The notes: generated from the letters alone by a model not told the origin. Shown: positions 18,574 to 29,370, counted from the stretch's first letter. The stretch: DNA of 64,000 nucleotides from an uncultured Pseudomonas sp. (GCA_964410065.1 CAYPFO010000007.1:4499-68498); one strand, 5' to 3'. Made by a program: numbers and translations.

Positions 18574-20688
18574 TCAGGCCCTGACGCGGGTAATGCGCGT
18601 CACGCCCATCAGAATGCGCAGCTTCTTGATGACCCGCGCCAGGTGTACACGGTCACGGACGCTGACCACCATCTGCACCACGCTCAGGCGGCCGTCGCGT
18701 TCGTCCATGCTGATCTTTTCGATGTTGCCATCGGCCGCGTTGACGCTGCCGGCGAGCAGGGCGATGAGCCCGCGCTGGTGTTCCAGCTCAACGCGCAATT
18801 CGACGTTGAATTCGCCGCTGACATCCTTGGCCCAGGTCAGCGGGATGCATTTTTCCGGGTTGGTGCGGATTTCGGCGATGTTCTTGCACCCGTCCAGGTG
18901 CACCACCATGCCCTTGCCGGCCGACAGGTGGCCGACAATCGGGTCACCCGGAATCGGCGTGCAGCACTTGGCGTAACTGAGCACCAAGCCTTCGGTGCCG
19001 CGAATGGCCAACGGGCCTTCCGCGGCGCTGGGCAATTGCTCATTGCTGTCGCCGGTGAGCAGACGACGGGCCACGACATAGGCCATGCGGTTGCCCAAGC
19101 CGATTTCTTCGAGCAGGTCCTCGAGGACTTCCAGCTGATACGCGTCAAGCAACACCTGGAAACGTTCCGGGGCAATATGCTCCAGATCACTGTCAAAGCC
19201 GGCCAGCGCCTTGTTGAGCAGGCGTTCGCCGAGGCTGATCGACTCGGAGCGGCGCTGCTGCTTAAGGGCGTGGCGAATATGCGTGCGCGCCTTGCCGCTG
19301 ACCACGAAGTTCAGCCAGGCGGGATTTGGCCGGGTGCCGGGTGCGGTAACGATTTCCACCGTCTCGCCGCTTTCCAGTGGCTGCGACAGCGGCGCCAGGC
19401 GGCGATTGATGCGACAGGCGATGCAGCTGTTGCCAACGTCGGTGTGCACCGCATACGCAAAGTCGACCGCGGTGGAGCCTTTGGGCAGCTCCATGATGCG
19501 ACCCTTGGGCGTGAACACGTAGACCTCGTCGGGGAACAGGTCGATCTTCACGCTCTCGATGAATTCCAGCGAGTTGCCGGCGCGCTGCTGCAGCTCGAGG
19601 ATGCCCTTGACCCACTGACGGGCGCGGGCATGGCTGCTGCGTGGCGAATCGTCGCCGCGGGACTTGTACAGCCAGTGCGCGGCGATGCCGTTGTTGGCCA
19701 TGTCCTCCATTTCCTGGGTGCGGATCTGGATCTCGATGGGCACCCCGTGCATGCCGAACAGCGTGGTGTGCAGCGACTGATAGCCGTTGGCCTTGGGAAT
19801 CGCGATGAAGTCCTTGAAGCGCCCCGGCAGCGGCTTGTACAGGCTGTGCACGGCGCCCAGCACGCGGTAGCAGGTGTCGACCTTGTCGACCACGATGCGG
19901 AAGGCGTACACGTCCATGATCTCGGAGAACGCCTTGCGCTTGCCGCGCATCTTCTTGTAGATGCTGAACAGGTGCTTCTCGCGGCCACTGACCTCGCCCT
20001 CCAGGCCTTCACGCTCCAGGCAGTGGGTCAGCGATGCTTCGATCTTGTTGACGATTTCCTTGCGGTTGCCCCGCGCGCCGCGCACCGCTGCACGGATGCG
20101 TTCGCAGCGCATCGGGTACATGGCGTGAAAGCCAAGGTCCTCGAACTCGACGCGAATGTTGTGCATGCCCAGACGATTGGCGATGGGCGCGTAGATCTCC
20201 AGGGTTTCCTTGGCAATGCGCCGGCTCTTCTCGTGCGGCATGGCATCGAGGGTGCGCATGTTGTGCAGGCGGTCGGCGAGCTTGACCAGGATCACGCGAA
20301 TGTCGCGGGCCATGGCCATGGCCATTTTCTGGAAATTTTCCGCTTGCGCCTCGGCTTTGGTCTCGAAGTTCATCTGGGTCAGCTTGCTGACCCCATCGAC
20401 CAGTTCGGCGACGGTTTCGCCGAATTGCACGGTGAGCGCTTCCTTGGCGATGCCGGTGTCCTCGATCACATCATGCAGCATGGCGGCCATCAGGCTCTGA
20501 TGGTCCATGTGCATTTCCGCGAGGATGTTGGCCACCGCCAGGGGATGGGTGACGTACGCTTCGCCGCTGCGCCGGCGCTGCCCGTCGTGGGCCTGCTCGG
20601 CGTAGTAATAGGCGCGGCGGACCAGATTGACCTGGTCCGGTCCCAGATAGGTCGACAACCTGTCGGCGAGGGTTTCAATACCGGGCAT
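18574..20688 (-). CDS. spoT: Bifunctional (p)ppGpp synthetase/hydrolase SpoT
   Basis: 704 aa with an HD hydrolase domain (HPLAVANILAEMHMD), a RelA/SpoT synthetase domain, and TGS and ACT domains. It sits in the conserved rpoZ-spoT arrangement. Confidence 0.97.
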   Translation of the reverse strand: MPGIETLADRLSTYLGPDQVNLVRRAYYYAEQAHDGQRRRSGEAYVTHPLAVANILAEMHMDHQSLMAAMLHDVIEDTGIAKEALTVQFGETVAELVDGVSKLTQMNFETKAEAQAENFQKMAMAMARDIRVILVKLADRLHNMRTLDAMPHEKSRRIAKETLEIYAPIANRLGMHNIRVEFEDLGFHAMYPMRCERIRAAVRGARGNRKEIVNKIEASLTHCLEREGLEGEVSGREKHLFSIYKKMRGKRKAFSEIMDVYAFRIVVDKVDTCYRVLGAVHSLYKPLPGRFKDFIAIPKANGYQSLHTTLFGMHGVPIEIQIRTQEMEDMANNGIAAHWLYKSRGDDSPRSSHARARQWVKGILELQQRAGNSLEFIESVKIDLFPDEVYVFTPKGRIMELPKGSTAVDFAYAVHTDVGNSCIACRINRRLAPLSQPLESGETVEIVTAPGTRPNPAWLNFVVSGKARTHIRHALKQQRRSESISLGERLLNKALAGFDSDLEHIAPERFQVLLDAYQLEVLEDLLEEIGLGNRMAYVVARRLLTGDSNEQLPSAAEGPLAIRGTEGLVLSYAKCCTPIPGDPIVGHLSAGKGMVVHLDGCKNIAEIRTNPEKCIPLTWAKDVSGEFNVELRVELEHQRGLIALLAGSVNAADGNIEKISMDERDGRLSVVQMVVSVRDRVHLARVIKKLRILMGVTRITRVRA

Positions 20689-20750
20689 GAGATTACCTCC
20701 TGCTGCCGGTGAGGATCCCGGTTACCGCGAGACGTCGACCAGGCATGATT

Positions 20751-21017
20751 TTACAGGGCCTCGTTGTTGGCCTCGTCCTCGAAGGCAGCGAACAGCGGCT
20801 CGTCTTCAACGATTTCTTCCTGGGCGATCACGTCGTAATCGATCAGGCCGCTGGCGATTTCACGCAGGGCGACAACGGTGGGCTTGTCATTTTCCCAGGC
20901 TACCTTCGGCTCCTTGCCGCCGGTGGCCAGCTGACGGGAACGCTTGGTGGCGAGCATGACCAGCTCGAAGCGGTTATCAACGTTGTCCAGGCAGTCTTCA
21001 ACGGTAACGCGGGCCAT
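20751..21017 (-). CDS. rpoZ: RNA polymerase omega subunit
   Basis: 88-aa product [30 protein letters not shown]. Confidence 0.97.
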   Translation of the reverse strand: MARVTVEDCLDNVDNRFELVMLATKRSRQLATGGKEPKVAWENDKPTVVALREIASGLIDYDVIAQEEIVEDEPLFAAFEDEANNEAL

Positions 21018-21238
21018 GATGTTCCTCTGCGAATAGCGAATGGGGCGGCTGCCCTAGGGGCGAGCGGACTGGCAAGTCTAGAAAATCACCAGCATTAAGG
21101 GAAGCTTTAAAAGCAACGGCACCCGATAAGCGACACGCTGCAGGCCCGCGAAATGCGGAACTTTCAGGGTGTGCTCATGGACCCGGCGAGCGAGCCAGAG
21201 CGGATGCAACGACATCCACTCTGCGGTTATTCGTAGTC

Positions 21239-22734
<1,496 letters not shown>

Positions 22735-22951
22735 GGGATAAACCTCTGGGATATGGGTAACGAAAGACCCGAGATTGTAAGGGAAAAAACACCTTTAAGC
22801 TGTAGGCTTCCCGCCTTGGACGCCACGCGGACGCCTCGTATGGCGTGCCGTCCGGCTCAATCCACGGGTTGCCTTGCGTGGGCAACTGCCTATATGGCTG
22901 ACCAACCCCCTATAATGTCGGCTGAAATTTCTCTCCAGCAGGAAGTCCTCC

Positions 22952-23674
22952 ATGAAGCGTCCCAGTGGCCGCGCCGCCGAACAGCTGCGTCAGATCCGCA
23001 TTACCCGTAACTACACCAAGCATGCCGAAGGCTCGGTACTGGTCGAGTTCGGCGATACCAAGGTGATCTGCACCGTGAGTGTCGAGTCCGGCGTGCCGCG
23101 CTTCCTCAAAGGGCAGGGGCAAGGCTGGTTGACCGCCGAATACGGCATGCTGCCGCGCGCCACCGGCGAGCGTACCCAGCGTGAGGCCAGCCGTGGCAAA
23201 CAGGGCGGTCGGACCCTGGAAATCCAACGGCTGATCGGTCGTTCGCTGCGTGCCGCGCTGGATATGAGCAAGCTGGGCGAGAACACCCTGTACGTCGACT
23301 GCGACGTGATCCAGGCTGACGGCGGCACCCGCACCGCGTCGATTACCGGCGCCATGGTTGCGCTGATTGATGCGTTGAAAATCCTCAAGAAGCGCGGCGC
23401 CCTGAAGAATGGCGATCCGATCAAGCAGATGATCGCGGCAGTCTCGGTGGGCATCTACAAGGGCGAGCCGGTGCTCGACCTCGATTACCTGGAAGACTCT
23501 GCGGCGGAAACCGACCTCAACGTGGTCATGACCGACGCCGGTGGTTTTATCGAAGTGCAGGGCACCGCCGAAGGCGCTCCGTTCCAGCCTGAAGAACTCA
23601 ATGCCATGCTGGCCCTGGCCCGCAGCGGCCTTGATGAGCTGTTCGCCTTGCAGCGCGCCGCGCTGGCCGACTGA
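22952..23674 (+). CDS. rph: Ribonuclease PH
   Basis: 240-aa product [41 protein letters not shown]... Confidence 0.97.
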   Translation: MKRPSGRAAEQLRQIRITRNYTKHAEGSVLVEFGDTKVICTVSVESGVPRFLKGQGQGWLTAEYGMLPRATGERTQREASRGKQGGRTLEIQRLIGRSLRAALDMSKLGENTLYVDCDVIQADGGTRTASITGAMVALIDALKILKKRGALKNGDPIKQMIAAVSVGIYKGEPVLDLDYLEDSAAETDLNVVMTDAGGFIEVQGTAEGAPFQPEELNAMLALARSGLDELFALQRAALAD

Positions 23675-23688
23675 AGGAAGCCTTTGCG

Positions 23689-24057
23689 ATGAGCGATCAA
23701 CCCTTGGTTCCGCAGCCCAGTGTCGAGGCTCGTCGCTGGGCCATGCTCTGTCACTACGCCGCCTTCGCCTGGTTCATCGTGCCGATGATCGGCAATGTGC
23801 TGGGGCCGCTGATCGTCTGGCAGCTGAAGAAGGACCTGGATCCGTTCGTTGACCAGCAGGGCAAGGAAGCGCTGAATTTCCAGATTACCGTAAGCGTTGT
23901 GTTGATGGTGTGCGGGCTGCTGGCCTGGATACTGATCGGCTTCCCGCTGATGGTGCTGGTCAGCGTGGTCGCCCTGGTGCTGGTGATCATTGCCGGCATC
24001 AAGGCCAACGACGGAGTGGCCTATCGGTATCCCTTCTGTTGGCGGTTGGTTAAATAA
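23689..24057 (+). CDS. DUF4870-family small membrane protein (PA5333-like)
   Basis: 122 aa with the EARRWAMLCHYAAF...GPLIVWQLKKD..FVDQQGKEALNFQIT pattern typical of DUF4870. GAAGGAAG SD. Confidence 0.8.
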   Translation: MSDQPLVPQPSVEARRWAMLCHYAAFAWFIVPMIGNVLGPLIVWQLKKDLDPFVDQQGKEALNFQITVSVVLMVCGLLAWILIGFPLMVLVSVVALVLVIIAGIKANDGVAYRYPFCWRLVK

Positions 24058-24088
24058 AAAAAGCCCTGCAGATGCAGGGCTTTTTTTA
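24055..24088. terminator. Bidirectional rho-independent terminator
   Basis: AAAAAAA-GCCCTGCA-GA-TGCAGGGC-TTTTTTT between convergent genes ending at 24057 (+) and 24100 (-). Confidence 0.85.
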
Positions 24089-24099
24089 TGGCGGTGTGC

Positions 24100-24312
24100 T
24101 CAGTTGCATTCCAAGGGCATGCCGCACGGGGCGAAACCGCAAAAGGCATCGACACTGCCGGCATCGCCTTCAACCGGCTCCTGGGTGCGCAAGGCGCTCA
24201 CCGGGCCGTCCTGCAGGTTGGTGCGGGTGTCGATAACCAGCGCGGCGGTAATCGCCAACAACAACACCAGCAGCAGGATGCGCGCTGGGCTACGGGGTTG
24301 AGTGGTGCTCAT
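24100..24312 (-). CDS. 70-aa membrane-anchored (or secreted) Cys-rich micro-protein, translationally coupled to yeeE
   Basis: ATG at 24310-24312, 1 nt after the yeeE stop (24314-24316). The product is MSTTQPRSPARILLLVLLLAITAALVI (one TM or signal anchor), then an acidic tail ending FCGFAPCGMPLECN (C-x4-C-x5-C). It is followed by a terminator. Confidence 0.55.
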   Translation of the reverse strand: MSTTQPRSPARILLLVLLLAITAALVIDTRTNLQDGPVSALRTQEPVEGDAGSVDAFCGFAPCGMPLECN

Positions 24313-24313
24313 C

Positions 24314-25531
24314 TCAGTTCTCCAGGCCAAACCAGCGGCGGGCGCGCACGCCGAGCACGCTGCCGATAAAGGCCAGGGCAAACCAGACCCAGCCGTGCAG
24401 ACTGCCGGAAGCGATGCCACTAAACAGCGCGCCGACGTTGCAACCAAAGGCCAGGCGCGCGCCGTAACCCATTAGCAGGCCGCCGATAATGGCCGCCAGG
24501 GCCGAGCCGAGCGGGATGCGCGAGACCGGGGCGAAACGCCCGGCTAGACCGGCCGCGAACAACGCACCGAGAATCAGGCCGAAGTTGGTTACTGAGGTGG
24601 TTTCCGCCAGGATCGGTCCTTCCAGGGCGGCGGCCGGCATCGACCAGGTCCAGTATTCCCAGCTGCTGACGTTCAGCCCAACCAGGTCGGCGAGCTTGGC
24701 GCCCCACAGGTTGAAGGCGAAGGTCACCGACCACGGTTGTCCCGACAGAAGCAGGTTGGCCACGCTGAGCAACGCCAGGGCCAGCGAAGCCCAGGCCAGT
24801 GGCCAATAGCCGCGCCACAGGCGCTGTCCGTTGCTTAGCTCAGGGACACCGGCGGGGGCGCGGAAAATCGAGGCCACGTATTGGCGCTTGCGTTGTTCCC
24901 AGCGCCGCGCCAGGAAGAACACGCCACCGAGGGCGGCCAGCTGCAGGACGATAACCGGTAGTGAACCCCAGTCGTTGGCGGGTTGGATCACACCGATATG
25001 CCACTGCTGCGACCACCAGGGCAGGTGAGCCGTGCCCAGCAACGCACCAGCGATGAAGAATGCCAGGGTGATCAGCATGCGTACGCTGCCGCCGCCGATG
25101 GTAAACAGCGTGCCGGAGGCGCAGCCGCCACCCAGCTGCATGCCAAAACCGAACATCAAGGATCCGACGATCAGTGAGAGGCCGACAGGCCCGACAGCGC
25201 CGGTCAGCGGCTGTCCAAACGCCGAGCCGGCTTGCAGCAACGGTATGAGCACCACGCAGGTCAGGCCGATACCCAGCATCTGCGCGCGGATGCTGGCGGT
25301 GCGGCCCTCGGTGATTGCCGCGCGCCAGCCGCCGGCGAAGCTGAAGCTGGCGTGGTACATGACATAGCCGAAACCGGCGCCGACCAGAGCGAGCAGGCCC
25401 TGGCGCGCGTCAATGGTGTAAAAACAGGCCAGCGCAAGCGCGACGATACCCACAGCCGCCACCAGGGCGACCGGGGTATCGATACGCTTGTCTGCCGCGA
25501 CCGCTGGGGTCTGGGAGACAAGAATGCTCAT
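24314..25531 (-). CDS. YeeE/YedE-family sulfur-compound (thiosulfate-type) transporter
   Basis: 405-aa polytopic membrane protein with the two conserved Cys motifs of the Sulf_transp family (QLGGGCASGT and RLAFGCNVGA). The ATG lies 3 nt after the rhodanese stop. Confidence 0.85.
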   Translation of the reverse strand: MSILVSQTPAVAADKRIDTPVALVAAVGIVALALACFYTIDARQGLLALVGAGFGYVMYHASFSFAGGWRAAITEGRTASIRAQMLGIGLTCVVLIPLLQAGSAFGQPLTGAVGPVGLSLIVGSLMFGFGMQLGGGCASGTLFTIGGGSVRMLITLAFFIAGALLGTAHLPWWSQQWHIGVIQPANDWGSLPVIVLQLAALGGVFFLARRWEQRKRQYVASIFRAPAGVPELSNGQRLWRGYWPLAWASLALALLSVANLLLSGQPWSVTFAFNLWGAKLADLVGLNVSSWEYWTWSMPAAALEGPILAETTSVTNFGLILGALFAAGLAGRFAPVSRIPLGSALAAIIGGLLMGYGARLAFGCNVGALFSGIASGSLHGWVWFALAFIGSVLGVRARRWFGLEN

Positions 25532-25534
25532 GAA

Positions 25535-26794
25535 TCAGCCTTTGAACGGACCGTAGCCGGGGTTGACCCATCCTTCCCATTTGCCTTCGAACGCATCCAC
25601 GCGTTCGACGCCCAGCAGCTTCAGCACGGTATAGGCCTGGGCAAGTTGCAGGCCGCCCCGGGCGAAGATCACCACATGGGTGTTGGCGCGCACGCCTTGC
25701 TTGGCGAACAGCTCGCGCAGTTCGGCAGAACTCTTCAGGGTGCGGTCGGCATTCAGGGTGTCGTTCCAGTACACATTGACCGAGTCCGGGATACGCCCGA
25801 CCACGTAATCGTCGGCGGGACGCACATCCACCACCACGGCGCCGGCCTTCTGCGCGGCGCGCACGGCGGCTTCATCGAGGAATCTCGGGCCCAGGGAGTT
25901 GGCCTGGTTCAAGGCATCGCCAGCAAAGTTGAAGTTGGCCAGCTGCAGGGTTTGTGGCGTGTTGGCGCGGCTCCAGTCATCCCAGCTCTTGTCATAGAAC
26001 TTGACGTTGTTGAAGCCCAGATCCTTGAGGAACAGGTAGGAGCTGGACGCAAAGGCGCCGCTGCCGCAGTAGGACACCACCGCCTTGTCAGGGGTGATGC
26101 CCTTGGCGGCCAGTTCATTGAGTACGTCCTGGCGGTTGCGGACCTCGGAGGTCTTCTTGTTCAGGAAGTCAGTAACCGGAATGGCTTTGGCACTGGGAAT
26201 CACGCCGTCTTCCGAGGCCGCCAGAAAACGGCCGTCGAGGATGACGGTGTCCGTGGCGCCGATGTGCTGGGTGACGAAGTCCCGTTCCACACGGTTTTCA
26301 CGCGTCCGAGTGAGTTTGAACTCGCTCGGCGTGACGCGGGTGGGCTGGGTGGTCAGCTTGCCTTTCCACTGGCTCAGGCCGCCGTCAAGAACGTGCAGCT
26401 TGTCGAAGCCGGCATATTCCAGCACGACGTAGGTGCGTCCTGCCATGGAGGTGGCGCCATAAATCAGCAAGGTGTCGTCATAGCTGATGCCCGCTTGGCG
26501 CAAGGCCTGCTCAATTTGCGCGTCGTCGGCGTATTCGTTGCGAATGCCATCGCGCTCGGAAACGTTCAATGCCTGCCAGGGCAGATGAATCGCACCGGCA
26601 ACATGCCCCTTGGCGTATTCGGCTTCGCTGCGGATGTCGAGGATTTTGACCCCAGCCTGTTGGCTCAGGGTCCGGAATTCGGCTTGGGAAACGATCAGGC
26701 CAGGGGCGGCTGCGGCCAGGCTGGGCACGGTGCCGGTCAAGGCCAGAACGGTAAGGCTGCTGGCTAGCAGGTGACGCAGGGAGGGGCTGTTCAT
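25535..26794 (-). CDS. Periplasmic triple-rhodanese-domain sulfurtransferase
   Basis: The track start (26806) is TTG, and I prefer the ATG at 26792-26794. Sec-type signal peptide (LASSLTVLALTGTVPSLAAAA). There are three rhodanese-like repeats. Only the middle one keeps an active-site Cys loop (SYCGSGAFASS). The others read IYGATSMAGRT and IFARGGLQLAQ. Confidence 0.8.
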   Translation of the reverse strand: MNSPSLRHLLASSLTVLALTGTVPSLAAAAPGLIVSQAEFRTLSQQAGVKILDIRSEAEYAKGHVAGAIHLPWQALNVSERDGIRNEYADDAQIEQALRQAGISYDDTLLIYGATSMAGRTYVVLEYAGFDKLHVLDGGLSQWKGKLTTQPTRVTPSEFKLTRTRENRVERDFVTQHIGATDTVILDGRFLAASEDGVIPSAKAIPVTDFLNKKTSEVRNRQDVLNELAAKGITPDKAVVSYCGSGAFASSSYLFLKDLGFNNVKFYDKSWDDWSRANTPQTLQLANFNFAGDALNQANSLGPRFLDEAAVRAAQKAGAVVVDVRPADDYVVGRIPDSVNVYWNDTLNADRTLKSSAELRELFAKQGVRANTHVVIFARGGLQLAQAYTVLKLLGVERVDAFEGKWEGWVNPGYGPFKG

Positions 26795-26960
26795 GAGACT
26801 GCTCAACTTCGTGAAAGCGCGAGGCGCGGGAAATCAGGCAATGATTCTAAGCAGGCTTTTTATTTCTAATAAATAACATTTTGTGTTTTTAATATTCCTT
26901 TCGGAAATATATAAGAGTGCTGCGCCAAAAATGCACAGAAAAACCTAAATTTTTGATTTA

Positions 26961-26993
26961 AAAAGAAAAAACCGCAGCTATTGCTGCGGTTTT
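26961..26993 (-). terminator. Rho-independent terminator of crc
   Basis: On the minus strand: ACCGCAGC-AATA-GCTGCGGT followed by TTTTTTCTTTTT, 16 nt after the crc stop. Confidence 0.85.
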
Positions 26994-27008
26994 GGGCGCG
27001 GATGAGTG

Positions 27009-27788
27009 TCAAACACTCAGCAGCCAGTCGTAATCGACTGTCAGCGGTGCGTGTTGAGAGAAGCGCGGCTGGCGAGGCAGTTTGGCACTGCGCACGCAGC
27101 GGCGCATGCCAGGGGTCAGCAGTTGGTAATCGAAGCGCCAGCCCAGGTTGAGGGTTTCGGCTTGTTCACTGTTGGGCCACCAGCTGTACTGGTCGCCCTC
27201 GCGGCTGACCTCGCGCAACGCGTCGACATAGCCCATGGTGCCCAGGACTTCGTCCATCCAGCCCCGCTCGGGTGCCAGGAAGCCCGGAAGCTGCTGGCAA
27301 TCGCGCCAGTTCTTCACATCGATTTTCTGGTGGGCGACGTGCAGGGAACCGCAATAAATGTACTCGCGGCGCTTGCGACGCTGCTTGTCCAGGTAGCGTG
27401 CGAAGTCTTCCATGAACTTGAATTTCTGGTTCAGGCTCTCATCGCCGTCCTGGCCAGAGGGCAGCAGCAGGCTGGCGATACTCACCTTGTCGAAATCGGC
27501 CTGCAGGTAACGCCCGTAACGGTCGGCTGTTTCAAAGCCGAGGCCGCTGATGACGGCCTTGGGCTGCTGGCGGGAATAAATCGCCACGCCGCCCTGACTG
27601 GGCACTTCGGCCTCGCACGCGTACAGGAAATAACCGTCTAGCTGAAAAGCCGGGTCATCCAGTTCGAAAGTAGAAGCGCGCGTGTCTTGCAGGCAGATCA
27701 CGTCGGCATTCTGGGCTTGCAGCCAGCTGAGAAGACCTCGCTCGGCTGCCGCCTGAATGCCATTCACGTTCACATTGATGATCCGCAT
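27009..27788 (-). CDS. crc: Catabolite repression control protein Crc (ExoIII/EEP fold)
   Basis: Trimmed to the ATG at 27786-27788 (MRIINVNVNGIQAAAERGLLSWLQ), giving 259 aa. It keeps the conserved position next to pyrE and rph. Confidence 0.93.
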   Translation of the reverse strand: MRIINVNVNGIQAAAERGLLSWLQAQNADVICLQDTRASTFELDDPAFQLDGYFLYACEAEVPSQGGVAIYSRQQPKAVISGLGFETADRYGRYLQADFDKVSIASLLLPSGQDGDESLNQKFKFMEDFARYLDKQRRKRREYIYCGSLHVAHQKIDVKNWRDCQQLPGFLAPERGWMDEVLGTMGYVDALREVSREGDQYSWWPNSEQAETLNLGWRFDYQLLTPGMRRCVRSAKLPRQPRFSQHAPLTVDYDWLLSV

Positions 27789-28114
27789 AAATGGCCCCAA
27801 AAAGGTCGGGTGGGCGTGATCAGATTGATCATCTGCGCCCGAGGAACCGCAAGGATAGGCAGTTCAAATTTACAGAAAGCCAACATTGTGAGCTGGCCGG
27901 CAATAGTGGTTGGGAATCTTATCATTCCAAGCTGGTATAACGCAGCGTTACGTTAAGTTTCTGCCTATCGACACGATGCCTAAAAACTCTTAGGCGTTTA
28001 AGAGTCATCTGTCTCAACGCGTACCCACTCGAGGCGCTGTCACCTCGAATGCGTGTGGCCGGCCGGGCGTGTATCATGCGAGCCGTTTGCAATCGGCTCA
28101 ATTCAGGTTTTTTC

Positions 28115-28756
28115 ATGCAGGCTTACCAGCGCGACTTCATCCGTTTTGCCATCGAACGCGGCGTGCTGCGTTTTGGTGAGTTCACCCTCAAGTCCGGACG
28201 GACCAGCCCGTATTTTTTCAACGCCGGGCTGTTCAACAGCGGCGGCGCGCTGGCCAAGCTGGGCCAGTTTTATGCGGCGGCCATCCAGGATAGCGGTATC
28301 GATTTCGATGTGCTGTTCGGCCCGGCCTACAAGGGCATTCCGTTGGCGGCGACCACTGCCGTGGCGTTGGCCGAGCAGCATGGCCGCGACCTGCCCTGGT
28401 GCTTCAACCGCAAGGAAGCCAAGGATCACGGCGAAGGCGGTACTCTGGTGGGGGCGCCATTGGCGGGCCGCGTGTTGATTGTCGATGACGTGATCACCGC
28501 CGGCACGGCGATTCGTGAAGTCATGCAGATTATCCAGACCCAGGGTGCGCAGGCCGCCGGTGTGCTGATTGCCCTCAACCGTCAGGAGCGCGGGCAGGGA
28601 GAATTGTCGGCCATTCAGGAAGTGGAGCGCGATTTCGTCATGCCGGTGATCAGCATCGTGTCGCTGGCCCAGGTACTGGAATACCTCGCTGAAGACGCTG
28701 AGCTCAAACGCTACCTGCCGGCGGTGGAAGCCTACCGCGCGCAGTACGGCGTCTGA
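28115..28756 (+). CDS. pyrE: Orotate phosphoribosyltransferase
   Basis: Trimmed to the ATG at 28115 ([36 protein letters not shown]), giving 213 aa. PRPP-binding loop [13 protein letters not shown]. Confidence 0.96.
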   Translation: MQAYQRDFIRFAIERGVLRFGEFTLKSGRTSPYFFNAGLFNSGGALAKLGQFYAAAIQDSGIDFDVLFGPAYKGIPLAATTAVALAEQHGRDLPWCFNRKEAKDHGEGGTLVGAPLAGRVLIVDDVITAGTAIREVMQIIQTQGAQAAGVLIALNRQERGQGELSAIQEVERDFVMPVISIVSLAQVLEYLAEDAELKRYLPAVEAYRAQYGV

Positions 28757-28779
28757 TTTGCATTAGGGAGTAACGGAGC

Positions 28780-29370
28780 ATGACTGGACAGGGACGGTTT
28801 TACGGGATGCTGGCACTGTTGTCGCTACTGGCCTGGCCGGTGGCGGCCAGCGAACTGTATCGCTACGTCAATGACCAGGGCGTAATGGTGCTCGATCGGC
28901 ATGGCGTGCCGGCGCAATTCATCGGCAAGGGCTATGAAGTGCTTAACAGCCAGGGCCGGGTGATCCGGGTAGTCCCGCCGGCCTTAACTGCCGAGCAATA
29001 CCAGCAGTTGCAAGCCGAAAAGGCGCGAGCCGAGGCGGATGCCAAACTGCTGCGCCTGTATGCCGGGGTGGCGGATGTCGACCGCGCCAGACAACGCAAG
29101 CTGGCTGAACTGGACGGGCTGATCCGCATTGCCCAGGGCAATCAGCAGGCCGCGCGCAACCAGCAAAACGTCTTGCAAGTCCAGGCCGCCGGGCAGGAAC
29201 GCGCCGGCCGTTCTGTGCCGGAGTCGCTGCTCGTGCAGATTGCCGAACTGGAGCGCGAGCACCAGCGTCTGCACAAAGACATCGAACGCTACCAGCGTGC
29301 CCAGCGGGACGCCGAACAGACGTTTGCCGCGGATCGGGCGCGCATCGCCGCGCTGCTGGGTGAAGGCTGA
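28780..29370 (+). CDS. DUF4124-domain secreted protein with coiled-coil C-terminus
   Basis: Signal peptide, then a LYRYVNDQGVMVLD motif (DUF4124) and a Q/A/R-rich helical region. Confidence 0.7.
   Translation: MTGQGRFYGMLALLSLLAWPVAASELYRYVNDQGVMVLDRHGVPAQFIGKGYEVLNSQGRVIRVVPPALTAEQYQQLQAEKARAEADAKLLRLYAGVADVDRARQRKLAELDGLIRIAQGNQQAARNQQNVLQVQAAGQERAGRSVPESLLVQIAELEREHQRLHKDIERYQRAQRDAEQTFAADRARIAALLGEG

Noticed and set aside
18541-20712. 723-aa ORF antisense to spoT
   Set aside because: It is a shadow frame of a highly conserved gene and has the same compositional signature. The stop-poor antisense frame is expected from GC3 bias.
27922-28116. 64-aa basic ORF (and 27687-27956, 89 aa) in the crc-pyrE spacer
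   Set aside because: Neither has an SD or atypical codon usage, both are highly basic and low-complexity, and both overlap probable promoters. I treated the region as non-coding.
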